Assembly: GCA_026770705.1 (NCBI GenBank)
Contig: JANJGN010000014.1
Coordinates: 113,026,001 to 113,090,000 of the forward strand
Source of the DNA: Isurus oxyrinchus
Lineage: Eukaryota
Direction of reading: 5' to 3'
DNA: 64,000 nucleotides
Part shown: one piece after another, positions 1-11,129 of the stretch
Layout of the letters: each line of letters begins with the position of its first letter
Numbering within the stretch: the stretch's first letter is position 1
The notes under the pieces: model-generated
What the model was told of the DNA's origin: nothing
The model's input: the letters and a program-made list of their open reading frames with translations, nothing else
The model's database searches: none
Position numbers and translations under genes: made by a program

Positions 1-616
1 TATTGCTCCTTCTAGGGGTAGGTTAGCTGCTTCTACTAGGTCTCTAATTATCGCTTCATGCTGCTCCTGACCTCCTCCTGATGTGACATATACCCTGTGG
101 CTCTAGGCAACCATAAAATCATGTACTACCCCAAAAGCATATCTACTGTCCGTATAAATATTAACACTTTTTCCCTGCACTATATGCAAAGCCTCTTTCA
201 GTGCCACTAACTCTGCTACTTGAGCTGATAAATTACCTGTGAATTTTCCCCTACCCAAGATCCGTCCTTCTCCCATCTACCACTGCCCACCCAGTACACA
301 GGATACCATCCACATACCTACGGGACCTGTCCACATCTTCTAACTCATTTTCCCTCAGTGCCTTTGGATTCTCCTCATTTATCTCCCACGAGCAACCATG
401 CTCGAGTTCAATAACATGTTCTCTCCCTTCTGTCAGCAACCCGTCTGCTGGGTTAGTTCCTGAATCGCGAACTATTACAACCGATTAATCTTGCGGAAGT
501 AACGTAGCTTCCCAAGCCGCTCGCCTACTGTCTGAAATCGTTCTTGATTTTCCTGTATTGAGTAATTCCACTATTGTAGGTCTTGTGTGCAATACCAGGT
601 CCCCAGTCATTACTAT
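1..616 (-). pseudogene. pol: ERV pol, 3' part: end of tether/connection domain and RNase H (degenerate, runs off the window)
   Basis: Manual minus-strand translation gives [65 protein letters not shown], matching retroviral (MLV-like) RNase H motifs; contains stops. Confidence 0.9.
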
Positions 617-1154
617 AAGATAAAAACAAAAAAAACTGCAGATGCTGGAAATCCAAAACAAAAACAGAATTACCTAGAAAAACTCAGCAGGTCTGGCAGC
701 ATCGGCGGAGAAGAAAAGAGTTGACGTTTCGAGTCCTCATGACCCTTCGACAGAACTTGATTTCAAGTCCAAGAAAGAGTTGAAATATAAGCTGGTTTAA
801 GGTGTGTGTGTGGGGGGCGGAGAGATAGAGAGAGAGAGAGGAGGGGGGGGGGGGGGGGTGTGTGGTTGTGTGGACAAACAAGCAGTGATAGAAGCAGATC
901 ATCAAAAGATGTCAGTGACAATGGTACAATAGAACACATAGGTGTTAAAGTTAAAGTTGGTGATATTATCTAAACGAATGTGCTAATTAAGAATGGATGG
1001 TAGGGCACTCAAGGTACAGCTCTAGTGGGGGTGGAGGGAGCATAAAATATTTTAAAATATTTAAAAATAATGGAAATAGGTGGGAAAAGAAAAATCTATA
1101 TAATTTATTGGGAAAAAAAAAGGGGGAAACAGAAAGGGGGTGGGGATGGGGGGA

Positions 1155-2139
1155 TCACGATCTAAAGTTGTTGAATTCAATATTCAGTCCGGAAGGCTGT
1201 AAGGTGCCTAGTCGAAAGATGAGATGTTGTTCCTCCAGTTTGCGTTGGGCTTCACTGGAACAATGCAGCAAGCCAAGGACAGACATGTGAGCAAGAGAGC
1301 AGGGTGGAGTGTTAAAATGGCAAGCGACAGGGAGGTTTGGGTCATTCTTGCGGACAGACCGCAGGTGTTCTGCAAAGCGGTCGCCCAGTTTACATTTGGT
1401 CTCTCCAATGTAGAGGAGACCACATTGGGAGCAACGAATGCAGTAGACTAAGTTGGGGGAAATGCAAGTGAAATGCTGCTTCACTTGAAAGGAGTGTTTG
1501 GGCCCTTGGACGGTGAGGAGAGAGGAAGTGAAGGGGCAGGTGTTACATCTTTTGCGTGGGCATGGGGTGGTGCCATAGGAGGGGGTTGAGGAGTAGGGGG
1601 TGATGGAGGAGTGGACCAGGGTGTCCCGGAGGGAGCGATCCCTACGGAATGCCGATAAGGGGGGTGAAGGGAAGATGTGTTTGGTGGTGGCATCATGCTG
1701 GAGTTGGCGGAAATGGCGGAGGATGATCCTTTGAATGCGGAGGCTGGTGGGGTGATAAGTGAGGACAAGGGGGACCCTATCATGTTTCTGGGAGGGAGGA
1801 GAAGGCGTGAGGGTGGATGCGCGGGAGATGGGCCGGACACGGTTGAGGGCCCTGTCAACGACCGTGGGTGGAAAACCTCGGTTAAGGAAGAAGGAGGACA
1901 TGTCAGAGGAACCGTTTTTGAAGGTAGCATCATCGGAACAGATGCGACGAAGGCGAAGGAACTGGGAGAATGGGATGGAGTCCTTACAGGAAGCGGGGTG
2001 TGAGGAGCTGTAGTCGAGGTAGCTGTGGGAGTCGGTGGGTTTGTAATGGATATTGGTGGACAGTCTATCACCAGAGATTGAGACAGAGAGGTCAAGGAAG
2101 GGAAGGGAAGTGTCAGAGATGGACCACGTGAAAATGATG
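1155..2139 (-). CDS. PLE ORF 3' half (RT C-terminus/thumb, linker, GIY-YIG endonuclease), open but 5'-truncated
   Basis: FTWSIS..LPFLDLSV..TNIHYKPTDSHSYL, CPRKRCNTC, NLVYCIRCSQCGLLYIGETK..RFAEH..PVACHF..EQHLIFRLGTLQPSGLN. Confidence 0.9.
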
Positions 2140-3898
2140 ACCTCTACCTCGCGGAGGCTGAGCGTCAACTCGCAGACACTTCCTCCTACCTCTCCCTGGA
2201 CCATGACCCCAACACTGAACATCAAGCCATTGTTTCCAGGAGTGTCACTGACCTCATCTCCTCTGGGGATCTCCCTCCCACAGCTTCCAACCTGATAGTC
2301 GCCCAACCTCGGACGGCCCGCTTCTATCTCCTACCCAATATCCACAAACAGAACTACCCCGGTAGACTGATCGTCTCAGCTTGCTCCTGCCCCACAGAAC
2401 TCATTTCTCGTTATCTTGACTCCCTTCTCTCTCCCCTTGTCCAGTCCCTTCCCACCTACATCCGTGATTCCTCTGACACCTTACGTCACATCAACAATTT
2501 CCAGTTCCCTGGCCCCAACCGCTTCCTCTTCACCATGGACGTCCAATCCCTCTACACCTCCATCCCCCACCAGGATGGTCTGAGGGCCCTTAGCTTCTTC
2601 CTCGAACAGAGGCCCGAACAAACCCCATCCACCACTACTCTCCTCTGTCTGGCTGAACCTGTTCTCAAGTTGAACAATTTCTCCTTCAACTCCTCTCACT
2701 TCCTCCAAATAAAAGGTGTGGCTATGGGTACCCGCATGGGCCCCAGCTATGCCTGTCTCTTTATGGGGTATGTGGATCATTCCTTGTTGCAGTCCTACTC
2801 CGGCCCCCTTCCACAACTTTTTCTCTGGTACATCGATGATTACTTCAGTGCCGCTTCATGCTCTCGTCGGGACTTGGAAAAATTTATTAATTTTGCTTCC
2901 AATCTCCACCCCTCCATCATTTTCACGTGGTCCATCTCTGACACTTCCCTTCCCTTCCTTGACCTCTCTGTCTCAATCTCTGGTGATAGACTGTCCACCA
3001 ATATCCATTACAAACCCACCGACTCCCACAGCTACCTCGACTACAGCTCCTCACACCCCGCTTCCTGTAAGGACTCCATCCCATTCTCCCAGTTCCTTCG
3101 CCTTCGTCGCATCTGTTCCGATGATGCTACCTTCAAAAACGGTTCCTCTGACATGTCCTCCTTCTTCCTTAACCGAGGTTTTCCACCCACGGTCGTTGAC
3201 AGGGCCCTCAACCGTGTCCGGCCCATCTCCCGCGCATCCGCCCTCACGCCTTCTCCTCCCTCCCAGAAACATGATAGGCTCCCCCTTGTCCTCACTTATC
3301 ACCCCACCAGCCTCCGCATTCAAAGGATCATCCTCCGCCATTTCCGCCAACTCCAGCATGATGCCACCACCAAACACATCTTCCCTTCACCCCCCTTATC
3401 GGCATTCCGTAGGGATCGCTCCCTCCGGGACACCCTGGTCCACTCCTCCATCACCCCTACTCCTCAACCCCCTCCTATGGCACCACCCCATGCCCACGCA
3501 AAAGATGTAACACCTGCCCCTTCACTTCCTCTCTCCTCACCGTCCAAGGGCCCGAACACTCCTTTCAAGTGAAGCAGCATTTCACTTGCATTTCCCCCAA
3601 CTTAGTCTACTGCATTCGTTGCTCCCAATGTGGTCTCCTCTACATTGGAGAGACCAAACGTAAACTGGGCGACCGCTTTGCAGAACACCTGCGGTCTGTC
3701 CGCAAGAATGACCCAAACCTCCCTGTCGCTTGCCATTTTAACACTCCACCCTGCTCTCTTGCCCACATGTCTGTCCTTGGCTTGCTGCATTGTTCCAGTG
3801 AAGCCCAACGCAAACTGGAGGAACAACACCTCATCTTCCGACTAGGCACCTTACAGCCTTCCGGACTGAATATTGAATTCAACAACTTTAGGTCGTGA
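2139..3898 (+). pseudogene. PLE reverse transcriptase + GIY-YIG ORF, 5'-truncated, 1-bp frameshift near 3456
   Basis: Open from gac at 2139 (DLYLAEAERQL..ARFYLLPNIHK..MDVQSLYTSIP..GVAMGTRMGPSYACLFM..WYIDD). C4 here versus C5 in the inverted copy shifts the frame; GIY-YIG lies in ORF 3569-3898. Confidence 0.92.
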
Positions 3899-4292
3899 GC
3901 TCCCTCCCCCATCCCCACCCCCTTTCTGTTTCCCCCTTTTTTTTCCCCTATAAATTATATAGATTTTTCTTTTCCCACCTATTTCCATTATTTTTAAATA
4001 TTTTAAAATCTTTTATGCTCCCTCCACCCCCACTAGAGCTGTACCTTGAGTGCCCTACCATCCATTCTTAATTAGCACATTCGTTTAGATAATATCACCA
4101 ACTTTAACTTTAACACATATGTGTTCTATTGTACCATTGTCGCTGACATCTTTTGATGATCTGCTTCTATCACTGCTTGTTTGTCCACACAACCACACAC
4201 CCCCCACCTCTCTCTCTCTCTCTATCTCTCCGCCCCCCACACACACACCTTAAACCAGCTTATATTTCAACTCTTTCTTGGACTTGAAATCA

Positions 4293-4331
4293 AGTTCTGT
4301 CGAAGGGTCATGAGGACTCGAAACGTCAACT
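4293..4331 (+). ncRNA. Minimal type I hammerhead ribozyme-like motif in the PLE terminus (variant core)
   Basis: AGTT-CTGTCGA-AGGGTC-ATGAG-GACTC-GAAA-CGTC-AACT: stem I AGTT/AACT, stem II GGGTC/GACTC, palindromic ACGT stem III, GTC cleavage triplet. Mirror copy at ~720-758 on the minus strand. Confidence 0.7.
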
Positions 4332-4391
4332 CTTTTCTTCTCCGCCGATGCTGCCAGACCTGCTGAGTTTTTCCAGGTAATTCTGTTTTTG

Positions 4392-5694
4392 CCCCAGTCA
4401 TTACTATTGGTTCACAGCCTCTCACAGCCCAAGATGTGCAGTCAATTGCTCTTACGCACGAGGCATCCTGTCAGCTACAGGTGACTGCTTCATTGAAAAA
4501 TACCCTACAGGTCTCATCCGTTCCCCATGCTCTTGGGTCAGCACCGCACTGTAAAACCCTCCCTCATTATGGGGATAGAGATTAAATACTTTGCCCATAC
4601 AGGGCAAACCTAAGGCTGGTGCTTGAGTGAGCTCCCGTTTTAGCTCAGTATAAGCTATTTCTTGTATCTCACCCCATTCTATACAATCCTGCGATGCTTT
4701 TCCCCCTTTGATCAATTCCTGTATGGGTGCTGCTAACTTCGCAAAATCCTCCACGAAGGTCCTACATTAATTAAACAACCCTAAAATTTGCCTAACCCCT
4801 CGCACTTCTATGGGCCTCGGCATTCTTTCTATAGCTTCCTTCTGACTACGGGGAATCTCACGTTTCCCTTGCGATACCACATAACCCAAGCACTGCACCT
4901 CCCGTTTTCCCAACTGAGCTTTCTTTACACTGACTTTAAACCTGGCTGCTTCTAATAATTCCAAAATATGTAACAGTGCCCCTATGTGCCCCTTTGCCAT
5001 TTCTGAGGCAATCAAAAGATCGTCCACATATTGGATCACTATGCTGCCCTCATCTAGTTCTGCCCAACTCAACGTACTGCACATCACCTGGTGAAAAATA
5101 GCTGGACTATTGTAGAAGCCCTGTGGCAAGAGAGTCCAAGTGTATTGTTGGTGCCCTATCATGAAAGCAAATTTATTCTGGGATTCCTCATCCAACGGTA
5201 TTGCCCAGAATCCATTTGTTATACCTAGGACAGAAAAGACTATGTGGCTCGATCCTAGGTTGTTGAATATGGTGGCGGAGCTTTCTACTATTGGGTGTTC
5301 CCTAGGTGTTACCTTATTTAAAGTTGTATGATAAAGTTACATTGATATGATCGTCCAGTTTCTGAACGGTCCAAATAGGGGAATTGGTGGTGGACTGGGT
5401 CCTCCTCACTATCCTTTGCTGTTCTAGGCTCCATGTGATGCCCCATTCTGCATCCTGTGCCTCTGATTTAATGGGATATTGTTTCCTTGGAGGGTGTTCT
5501 GGCTCTGGAATATGTATGGGCGTCGTTTTAATCCTAGCACAATCATGTTTGTGTCGTGCCCAGACTCTGGCAACTCGCTGACACAGGATGCCCCATTGCC
5601 CATGTTGCATCCATTGAGCTAGGTTTAACTCCATCACTGCAGCCACACTGCACAGAAGAATCGGTGTTCGATTCTTCTTAAGTGGACCTTGCAT
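4392..5694 (-). pseudogene. pol: ERV pol: reverse transcriptase and tether domain (frameshifted, with stops)
   Basis: QYPIK..NSPIWTVQK, QYTWTLLPQGFYNSP, QYVDDLLIAS, KAQLGKREVQCLG, LTQAPALGLP, RPVGYFS. Confidence 0.92.
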
Positions 5695-5733
5695 AATAAT
5701 CTTACCATCCTGTGGGCTAGTTACTGCTCCTAA

Positions 5734-6012
5734 TCATTTTAGAATATCCATTTCTATAATGCTCCCTTCATTAGTTTGACCTACCCAAATCTGGAAAGCG
5801 ACTATCAACCCCGCTATCTCTAAGGGAGTAACCATACTTTGTCTCGCCCGCATATGTACCCCACTTATTCCTGTCATTATTATGGTAAAACACATAGTTG
5901 GTAGGTCCAGGTCCGTAATTGAAATGGACGCCCCGGAATCTATTAACATTCTGTGCTGCCAGCCCCCTAACAGCGCGTCAACAAACATCTGTGGGTCCCC
6001 AGCCCTGGACAT
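5734..6012 (-). pseudogene. pro: ERV aspartic protease
   Basis: MLIDSGASIS active-site motif, located between gag and RT. Confidence 0.85.
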
Positions 6013-6029
6013 CCTGAGGGCCGGTGCTA

Positions 6030-7375
6030 CCTATGCATAGCTTGACAAGTCCCAGAATAGCCTCTGGGCCTCGTCCACTGTCAGCAGCTGTTGGCTCAGG
6101 TCAGCCTCAGTCCCTCAGGACTGCTGCCTGGGGCCCTGGCCTTCCTGTCCCCCTCCTGGAGACCAACAATCATTCCGGAGGTGCCCAGTCTTCCTATAGT
6201 TTGTACACCGCAGCCCCGTATTCGCCAGTATCTTTCGCTGACTCCTGCATTCCCTGGCCATGTGTCCTTCTTTTCCACAATTAAAACATTCTATCACTGG
6301 ATTAACCTCTGCCACTGGGGCCACTTTACGTCCCTGGGCCTCCAACTCCATGGCCCAATGCATAATGTCCATATATTTCCCTCCTACTGAGAGGCTCATC
6401 ATGATGACCTTCTGATGTTCGGGTCCGAACCTTTCCTTCAACATTTTCAGGAAGATCTCGTCATCCCGCATGGGATGCAGTTGTCCTGAAAGCTGTACAT
6501 ACGTCTCCCTCTTCCATCCTGCATAGTCCATTAAGGACTCACCCTTCTTCTGTGCTATGGATGTTATACACCCCCAATTTGTCTGTCCCTCCCCCAAGGA
6601 TTCCTTAACTGCCTCCTCAAAGACCCTGAGCAGGGCTGTCGTCTTCTCCTGATCTGGACATCCCCAAGTTTCGCCCTTTGGGTCTTTGGGTTGTTATGCC
6701 GAGTTTTAATCCTCGGCAGTTCTTTGAGCAAAACCTGCTTCTCCCCCAGGCTCAATGGTGCGTGCTTAACTTTTTCTGTAACCCTATCTACCTCTCCATT
6801 CTCTTCCCATTCCTCAGCACCCCTACTTTTCCCTTCAGCTTTTAATCCACCTTTTTTGACTACTTTTCCTAACAGTTAATGCCATAGGGGCCATGGGATT
6901 CGAAGAGCACAGTGGAGTGGTTGGTACAGTGTTGCATGAGGGTGGTTTTGTCCCAATTCTGTCATTGGCTTCACCTTCGGAGCTTTCTCCTCCTGGTCAG
7001 TATCACTATCAACTGCCACCACTGATCTGATCTGTCCTGGATCTGTCTTTGTCTCTCCCTCTCTAATCGCTGGACCTTGGTATTAATCCGTCTACATAAC
7101 TGCAGGTACATGGTCATAATAACCATCACCCCTTTCTTTTCCTTATCCTTTTTCTGTTCTACCCACCACTGTTTTTGTTCTCCGGAGGTTCCCTCTGGAT
7201 TCCACCCCTCCTTCTGCACTTTTGTGATTAATCTTGACTGCTGTTCCACTATGAACCTCATGATGGAGTCCACGGTTCCCCAATCGACTTCCGTAGCACT
7301 ATCCTGTTTTCCTGATGGCATTCTGTTCTTATATTCCAGTCTTCTCTTAGCAATAAGTTCGCGTGGCCCTAACAA
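6030..7375 (-). pseudogene. gag: ERV gag (fragmented; capsid C-terminus and two zinc knuckles)
   Basis: QKKGESLMDYA MHR-like motif; CFNCGKEGHMAREC and degenerate CTNYRKTGHLRNDC knuckles; ORFs 6971-7375 and 6115-6597. Confidence 0.85.
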
Positions 7376-7411
7376 CTTAATTACTTGCGGTACGTGTGAT
7401 CTACTTATTTC

Positions 7412-7569
7412 ACTGGGGTCTGGCCTCTCTGCGAGGCTTCAGCTATGATTATTTCAAACCATAGCCCACCAGCACGGCTCTGCCTCCTCTTAACTGGGAT
7501 CTGGCCTCCCTGCACAGATTCGGCTAAGGTTATTTCAAACCGTAGCCCACCAGCATGGCTCTGCTTCCT
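7412..7569. repeat. Two tandem ~81-bp repeats in the ERV leader
   Basis: The unit ctggg.tctggcctc..ttatttcaaacc.tagcccaccagca.ggctctgc.tcct occurs twice. Confidence 0.85.
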
Positions 7570-7769
7570 ATCTTTGGTAATGGTCCGGCCTCCTGCACGG
7601 CTTTTGTACTGCTAGCCTGCCTGTGCAGCTCTGCCTCCTACCCTGGCACCTCCTATCCACCTGTCCTGAGTCCTCCTCCTGATTCTTTTGATACTCGACT
7701 GGACTGTTCTCGGTTAGGCTTACTGCACTAACTATGGGTGGTAAATTAAATATACTCACCCACTTTGGT

Positions 7770-7787
7770 ATCCTGCCAACTATGCCA
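7770..7787 (-). promoter_or_regulatory. Primer-binding site complementary to tRNA-Ser
   Basis: TGGCATAGTTGGCAGGAT versus the tRNA-Ser PBS TGGCGTAGTCGGCAGGAT (two CpG-type transitions); 3 nt from the LTR end. Confidence 0.88.
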
Positions 7788-7790
7788 AAC

Positions 7791-8269
7791 TGTTGTGGTA
7801 GTTTTAACAAAAGGACAACAGGAGTCTCAGGTATAGGTCACGATCGTTTATTCAAGCAATTGCAAGGAGAGAACCATCTCAAGGCAGCTTGAGCTAGCAC
7901 TCTGCCAAATTACAAGCATACAGCTTATTTTATACACTACTGATTACGTACAAGAACAATATTCAAATTCCAATCTTGTCAGCATATAGGTTACATCATA
8001 CATCCTCTTTCACGCTGGCAGAGACTGCTCCCCCTATCTAGGCTGGGACCATCTGTCCTTTCCTTATCTGTTGAGGAGCACACTTAATCTATGTTGTTGT
8101 CATCCTCTGACTCCAGTCTGGCTCCCAAGGCCTTATTGTTGCAGGCCCTAAGACTGTGCAAGGTTCATCTAGTAACCTTTAACTGTTAATGTGCTGGTAG
8201 CACTGGCTGCCTGGAGATTTTAAGTAATTCATTCCCTTTCAATAAATTCTTACTGTATTCCTCCTAACA
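7791..8269 (-). mobile_element. ERV 5' LTR (~479 bp)
   Basis: TGTT...AACA termini; TATAAAA at 7928-7934 and AATAAA at 7847-7852 on the minus strand; adjacent PBS; CR1 sequence resumes at 8270. Confidence 0.88.
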
Positions 8270-8910
8270 TATTTAATTCCCCTGACAATTAGTGATAACA
8301 TTCTATTAGCTTTCCTAATTGCTTGCTGTGCCTGCATACTAGCCTTTTATGATTCATGTACTAGGAAATCCAGATCCCTCTGATTCCCAGAGCTCTGCAA
8401 TTTTTCATCATTCAGATAACATGGTTCTTTTTAATTTTTCCTGCCAAAATGGACAATTTCAGATTTGCCCATATTATACTCCACTTGCCAGATCTTTGCC
8501 TACTCACTTAACCTATCCATATCCCTTTGTAGCTTCCTTATATCCTCTTCACAATTTATTTACCTTCCTATCATCAGCAAATTTAGCAACCATACCTTTA
8601 ATTTCTTCATCCAAGTCCTTGCTATAAATTGTAAAAAGTTGAGGCCAGAGCATTAATTCCATGGCACACGACACATTACACCCTGCCTACCAGCGAAAAA
8701 ACCCTTTTTTGCCTATCTCTGTTTTCTGTTAGCTAGCCAATCTCCTATCCAGGCCAATATGTTACCCCCTACACCATGAGCTTTTATTTTCCACAATAAA
8801 CTTTAATGTGGTAACTTATTAAATGCCTTCTAGAAGTCTAAGTACGGTACATTCATCGGTTCCCATTTATCCTCAGCACATGCGATTCCACTCCTTCAAA
8901 GAAATTGGTT
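8270..8910 (-). mobile_element. CR1 LINE RT fragment (host site of the ERV)
   Basis: Antisense CR1 RT signatures (tcatcagcaaattt = KFADD; aaatgccttctagaagtcta = DF.KAF). Confidence 0.75.
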
Positions 8911-8911
8911 A

Positions 8912-10072
8912 ACAGAATCACAGAATTGTTACGGTGCAGAAGGAGGCCATTTGGCCCAGTTGTCTGCACTGGTTTAATGAATGAACATTATGACTCAGTG
9001 CCTTTTCCCAGGAAAATTGCACTTTTTCTACTTAAATAATCATCTAATGCCCTCTTGGATGCCTTGATTGAATCTGCCTCCACCACACTTCCAGGCAGTG
9101 CATTTCAGACCCGATCCACTTGTTGTGTGAAAATGTTTTTTTTTAACATCACATTTGCTTCTTTGGCAAATCACTTTAAACCTGTGCTCTTTCTGTTTTG
9201 ATCCTTTTACGAGCAGGAACTGTTTCTCCCTATATACTCCGTTTAGACCCTTCATGATTTTGTACACCTCTATCAAATCTCCTCTTAAACTTCTCTCCAA
9301 GGAGAACAGTCCCAACTTCTCCAATCTATCTTCACAACTGAAATTTTTCATCCCTGGAACTATTTTTTAACCTCTTCTACATTCTCTCCAATGCATTCAC
9401 ATCCTTCCTAAAGTGTGGTGCTCAAAACTGTACACAATACTCCAGCTGAGGTCTAACTAGTGTCCTATACATGTTCAGCACAATCTCTTTGCTCTTGCAC
9501 TCCATGCCCTTATTAATAAAGCCTAGGATACTGTTCTCTTTATTAATTGTTCTCTTGCCCTGCTATCTTTACTGACTTATCACATAGATACCCAGGTTCC
9601 TCTGCTCCTTTAGAGTCATGCCCCTTATTTTAGATTGTCTCTCCATGTTCTTCCTGCCAAAGTGAATTGCCCCACGCTTCTCTGCATTGAAGTTCATCTG
9701 CCACCCATCTGCCCACTCCACCAACTTGTCTATGTCCTTTTGAAGTTCTAAACTGTCTACCTCATAGTTTACAATGCTTCCAAGCATTGTATCATCTGCA
9801 AACTTTGAAATTGTTCCCTGCAAACCAAGATCTAGATTATTAATATATATCAGGAAAAGTAGGGTCCTAATATCAATCTCTGGGGAACTCCACTACAAAC
9901 CTTCCTCCAGCCGGAAAAATATCCATTAACCATTACTCGTTGTTTCCTATGACTCGGCCAATCTTGTGTTCCCATTGCTACTATCCCTTTTATTCCATGA
10001 GCTATAACTTTTCTCACAAATCTGTTGTGCGGCACTGTATTGAATGTCTTTTGGAAGTCCATGTACACCATG
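8912..10072 (-). mobile_element. CR1 LINE 3' portion
   Basis: VYMDFQKTFNTVPH, GTISKFADDT, RLEKLGLFSLE.RLRGDLIEVYKI; 3' tail (att)ctgtgattctgt. Confidence 0.9.
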
Positions 10073-10893
10073 TTGAATCTGCCTGTTTGCCTTGAATTTT
10101 TCTAAGTGCCCTGCCATAGGTCAGTCAGGGGATGTGTGGCAACTGACAGGTTTGACTCTACAGTCTACAGCTCTTGTTGATGGCAACTTTAGGGGAGCTT
10201 TTTCTTCATAATGAACAACAAAAGATTGCAGAAATTTAAACACAAGTTACATTCACCACATCTTGCATGGCCACAATCTTTTTGTGTTAGTTTCAGATCT
10301 ATAACACTTGAAGATGGCCCTGTCCATTAAACTAGTCACTTTCCCTGGTCAAAATTAATCATAATTGTGAGTTTCCACTTGAATGAAGGTCCACAAGGAC
10401 GCTTTCAAAATGGAACTGATTTATTTTTAGGCAAAGGACATTAATAGGTACATTTTAAAAGTTTTTAAAAACATTTACTAAGAAACTGATGACTGCACCC
10501 TAATATATTTAGCAAATTGTTCTATAGTCTTTTTTAAAACAATCTCCAGTTATTTAAAAGTGGGGTACACACAAGTGGTGGACAAGGGAATGGATTCTTC
10601 CCTCGCTTTGACTGATGAGAGTTTAGCAAGGAGACCAGTTGATTATCATCTAGGTTGATGTTGCCTCATGCATGATGTTAAACCAATCATTGATTTGCAG
10701 ATCTGATTGCATATGAAGTTACTGTCAGGGATCAGTGAAGGCACTGGTTTTGTGGCATGTTCACTTGTCATGTAGGGACCAGGCTGTTCTTTTCAAATGT
10801 TGAGATTGTTTGATGACAGACACTTTTCCATTTGAATCTATCCAGGGTTGTTTTTTCCCCATGTATTGGTGTCCAACTTAAAGTATCTGAGAT

Positions 10894-11115
10894 AAAAGCA
10901 AAATATTGCAGATGCTGGAAATTTGAAACAAAAACAAAAATTGCTGGAAAAACTCAGCAGGTCTGACAGCATCTGTGGAGAGGAAGACAGAGTTAACATT
11001 TTGAGTCCATATGACTCTCTTCGAAACTGAAGACTGGACTCGAAATGTTTACTCTGCCTTTCTCTTCACAAATGCTGTCAGACCTGCTGAGTTTTTCCAG
11101 CACTTGTTGCTTTTG
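10894..11115. mobile_element. Short fold-back element made of two inverted PLE termini (older subfamily)
   Basis: gctggaaaaactcagcaggtctgacagcat ... atgctgtcagacctgctgagtttttccagc. Degenerate 16-bp TSD ttaaagtatctgagat / ttaaagtacttaagat. Confidence 0.8.
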
Positions 11116-11129
11116 TTAAAGTACTTAAG

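Larger units (their letters stand above)
617..4391. mobile_element. Penelope-like retroelement (GIY-YIG type) inserted as an inverted pair of 5'-truncated copies
   Basis: 16-bp TSD ccccagtcattactat at 601-616 and 4392-4407. Arm ~655-2139 is the reverse complement of ~2915-4391. PLE RT and GIY-YIG motifs present. Confidence 0.95.

Noticed and set aside
1155-2306. 383-aa ORF as a novel standalone GIY-YIG nuclease gene
   Set aside because: The first ~56 residues are the antisense of the + arm read across the inversion junction from a non-ATG start; it is a chimeric by-product of the insertion.
2716-3510. 264-aa and other overlapping ORFs in the PLE arms
   Set aside because: These are alternative frames of C-rich PLE coding sequence, duplicated in both arms, with no independent evidence.
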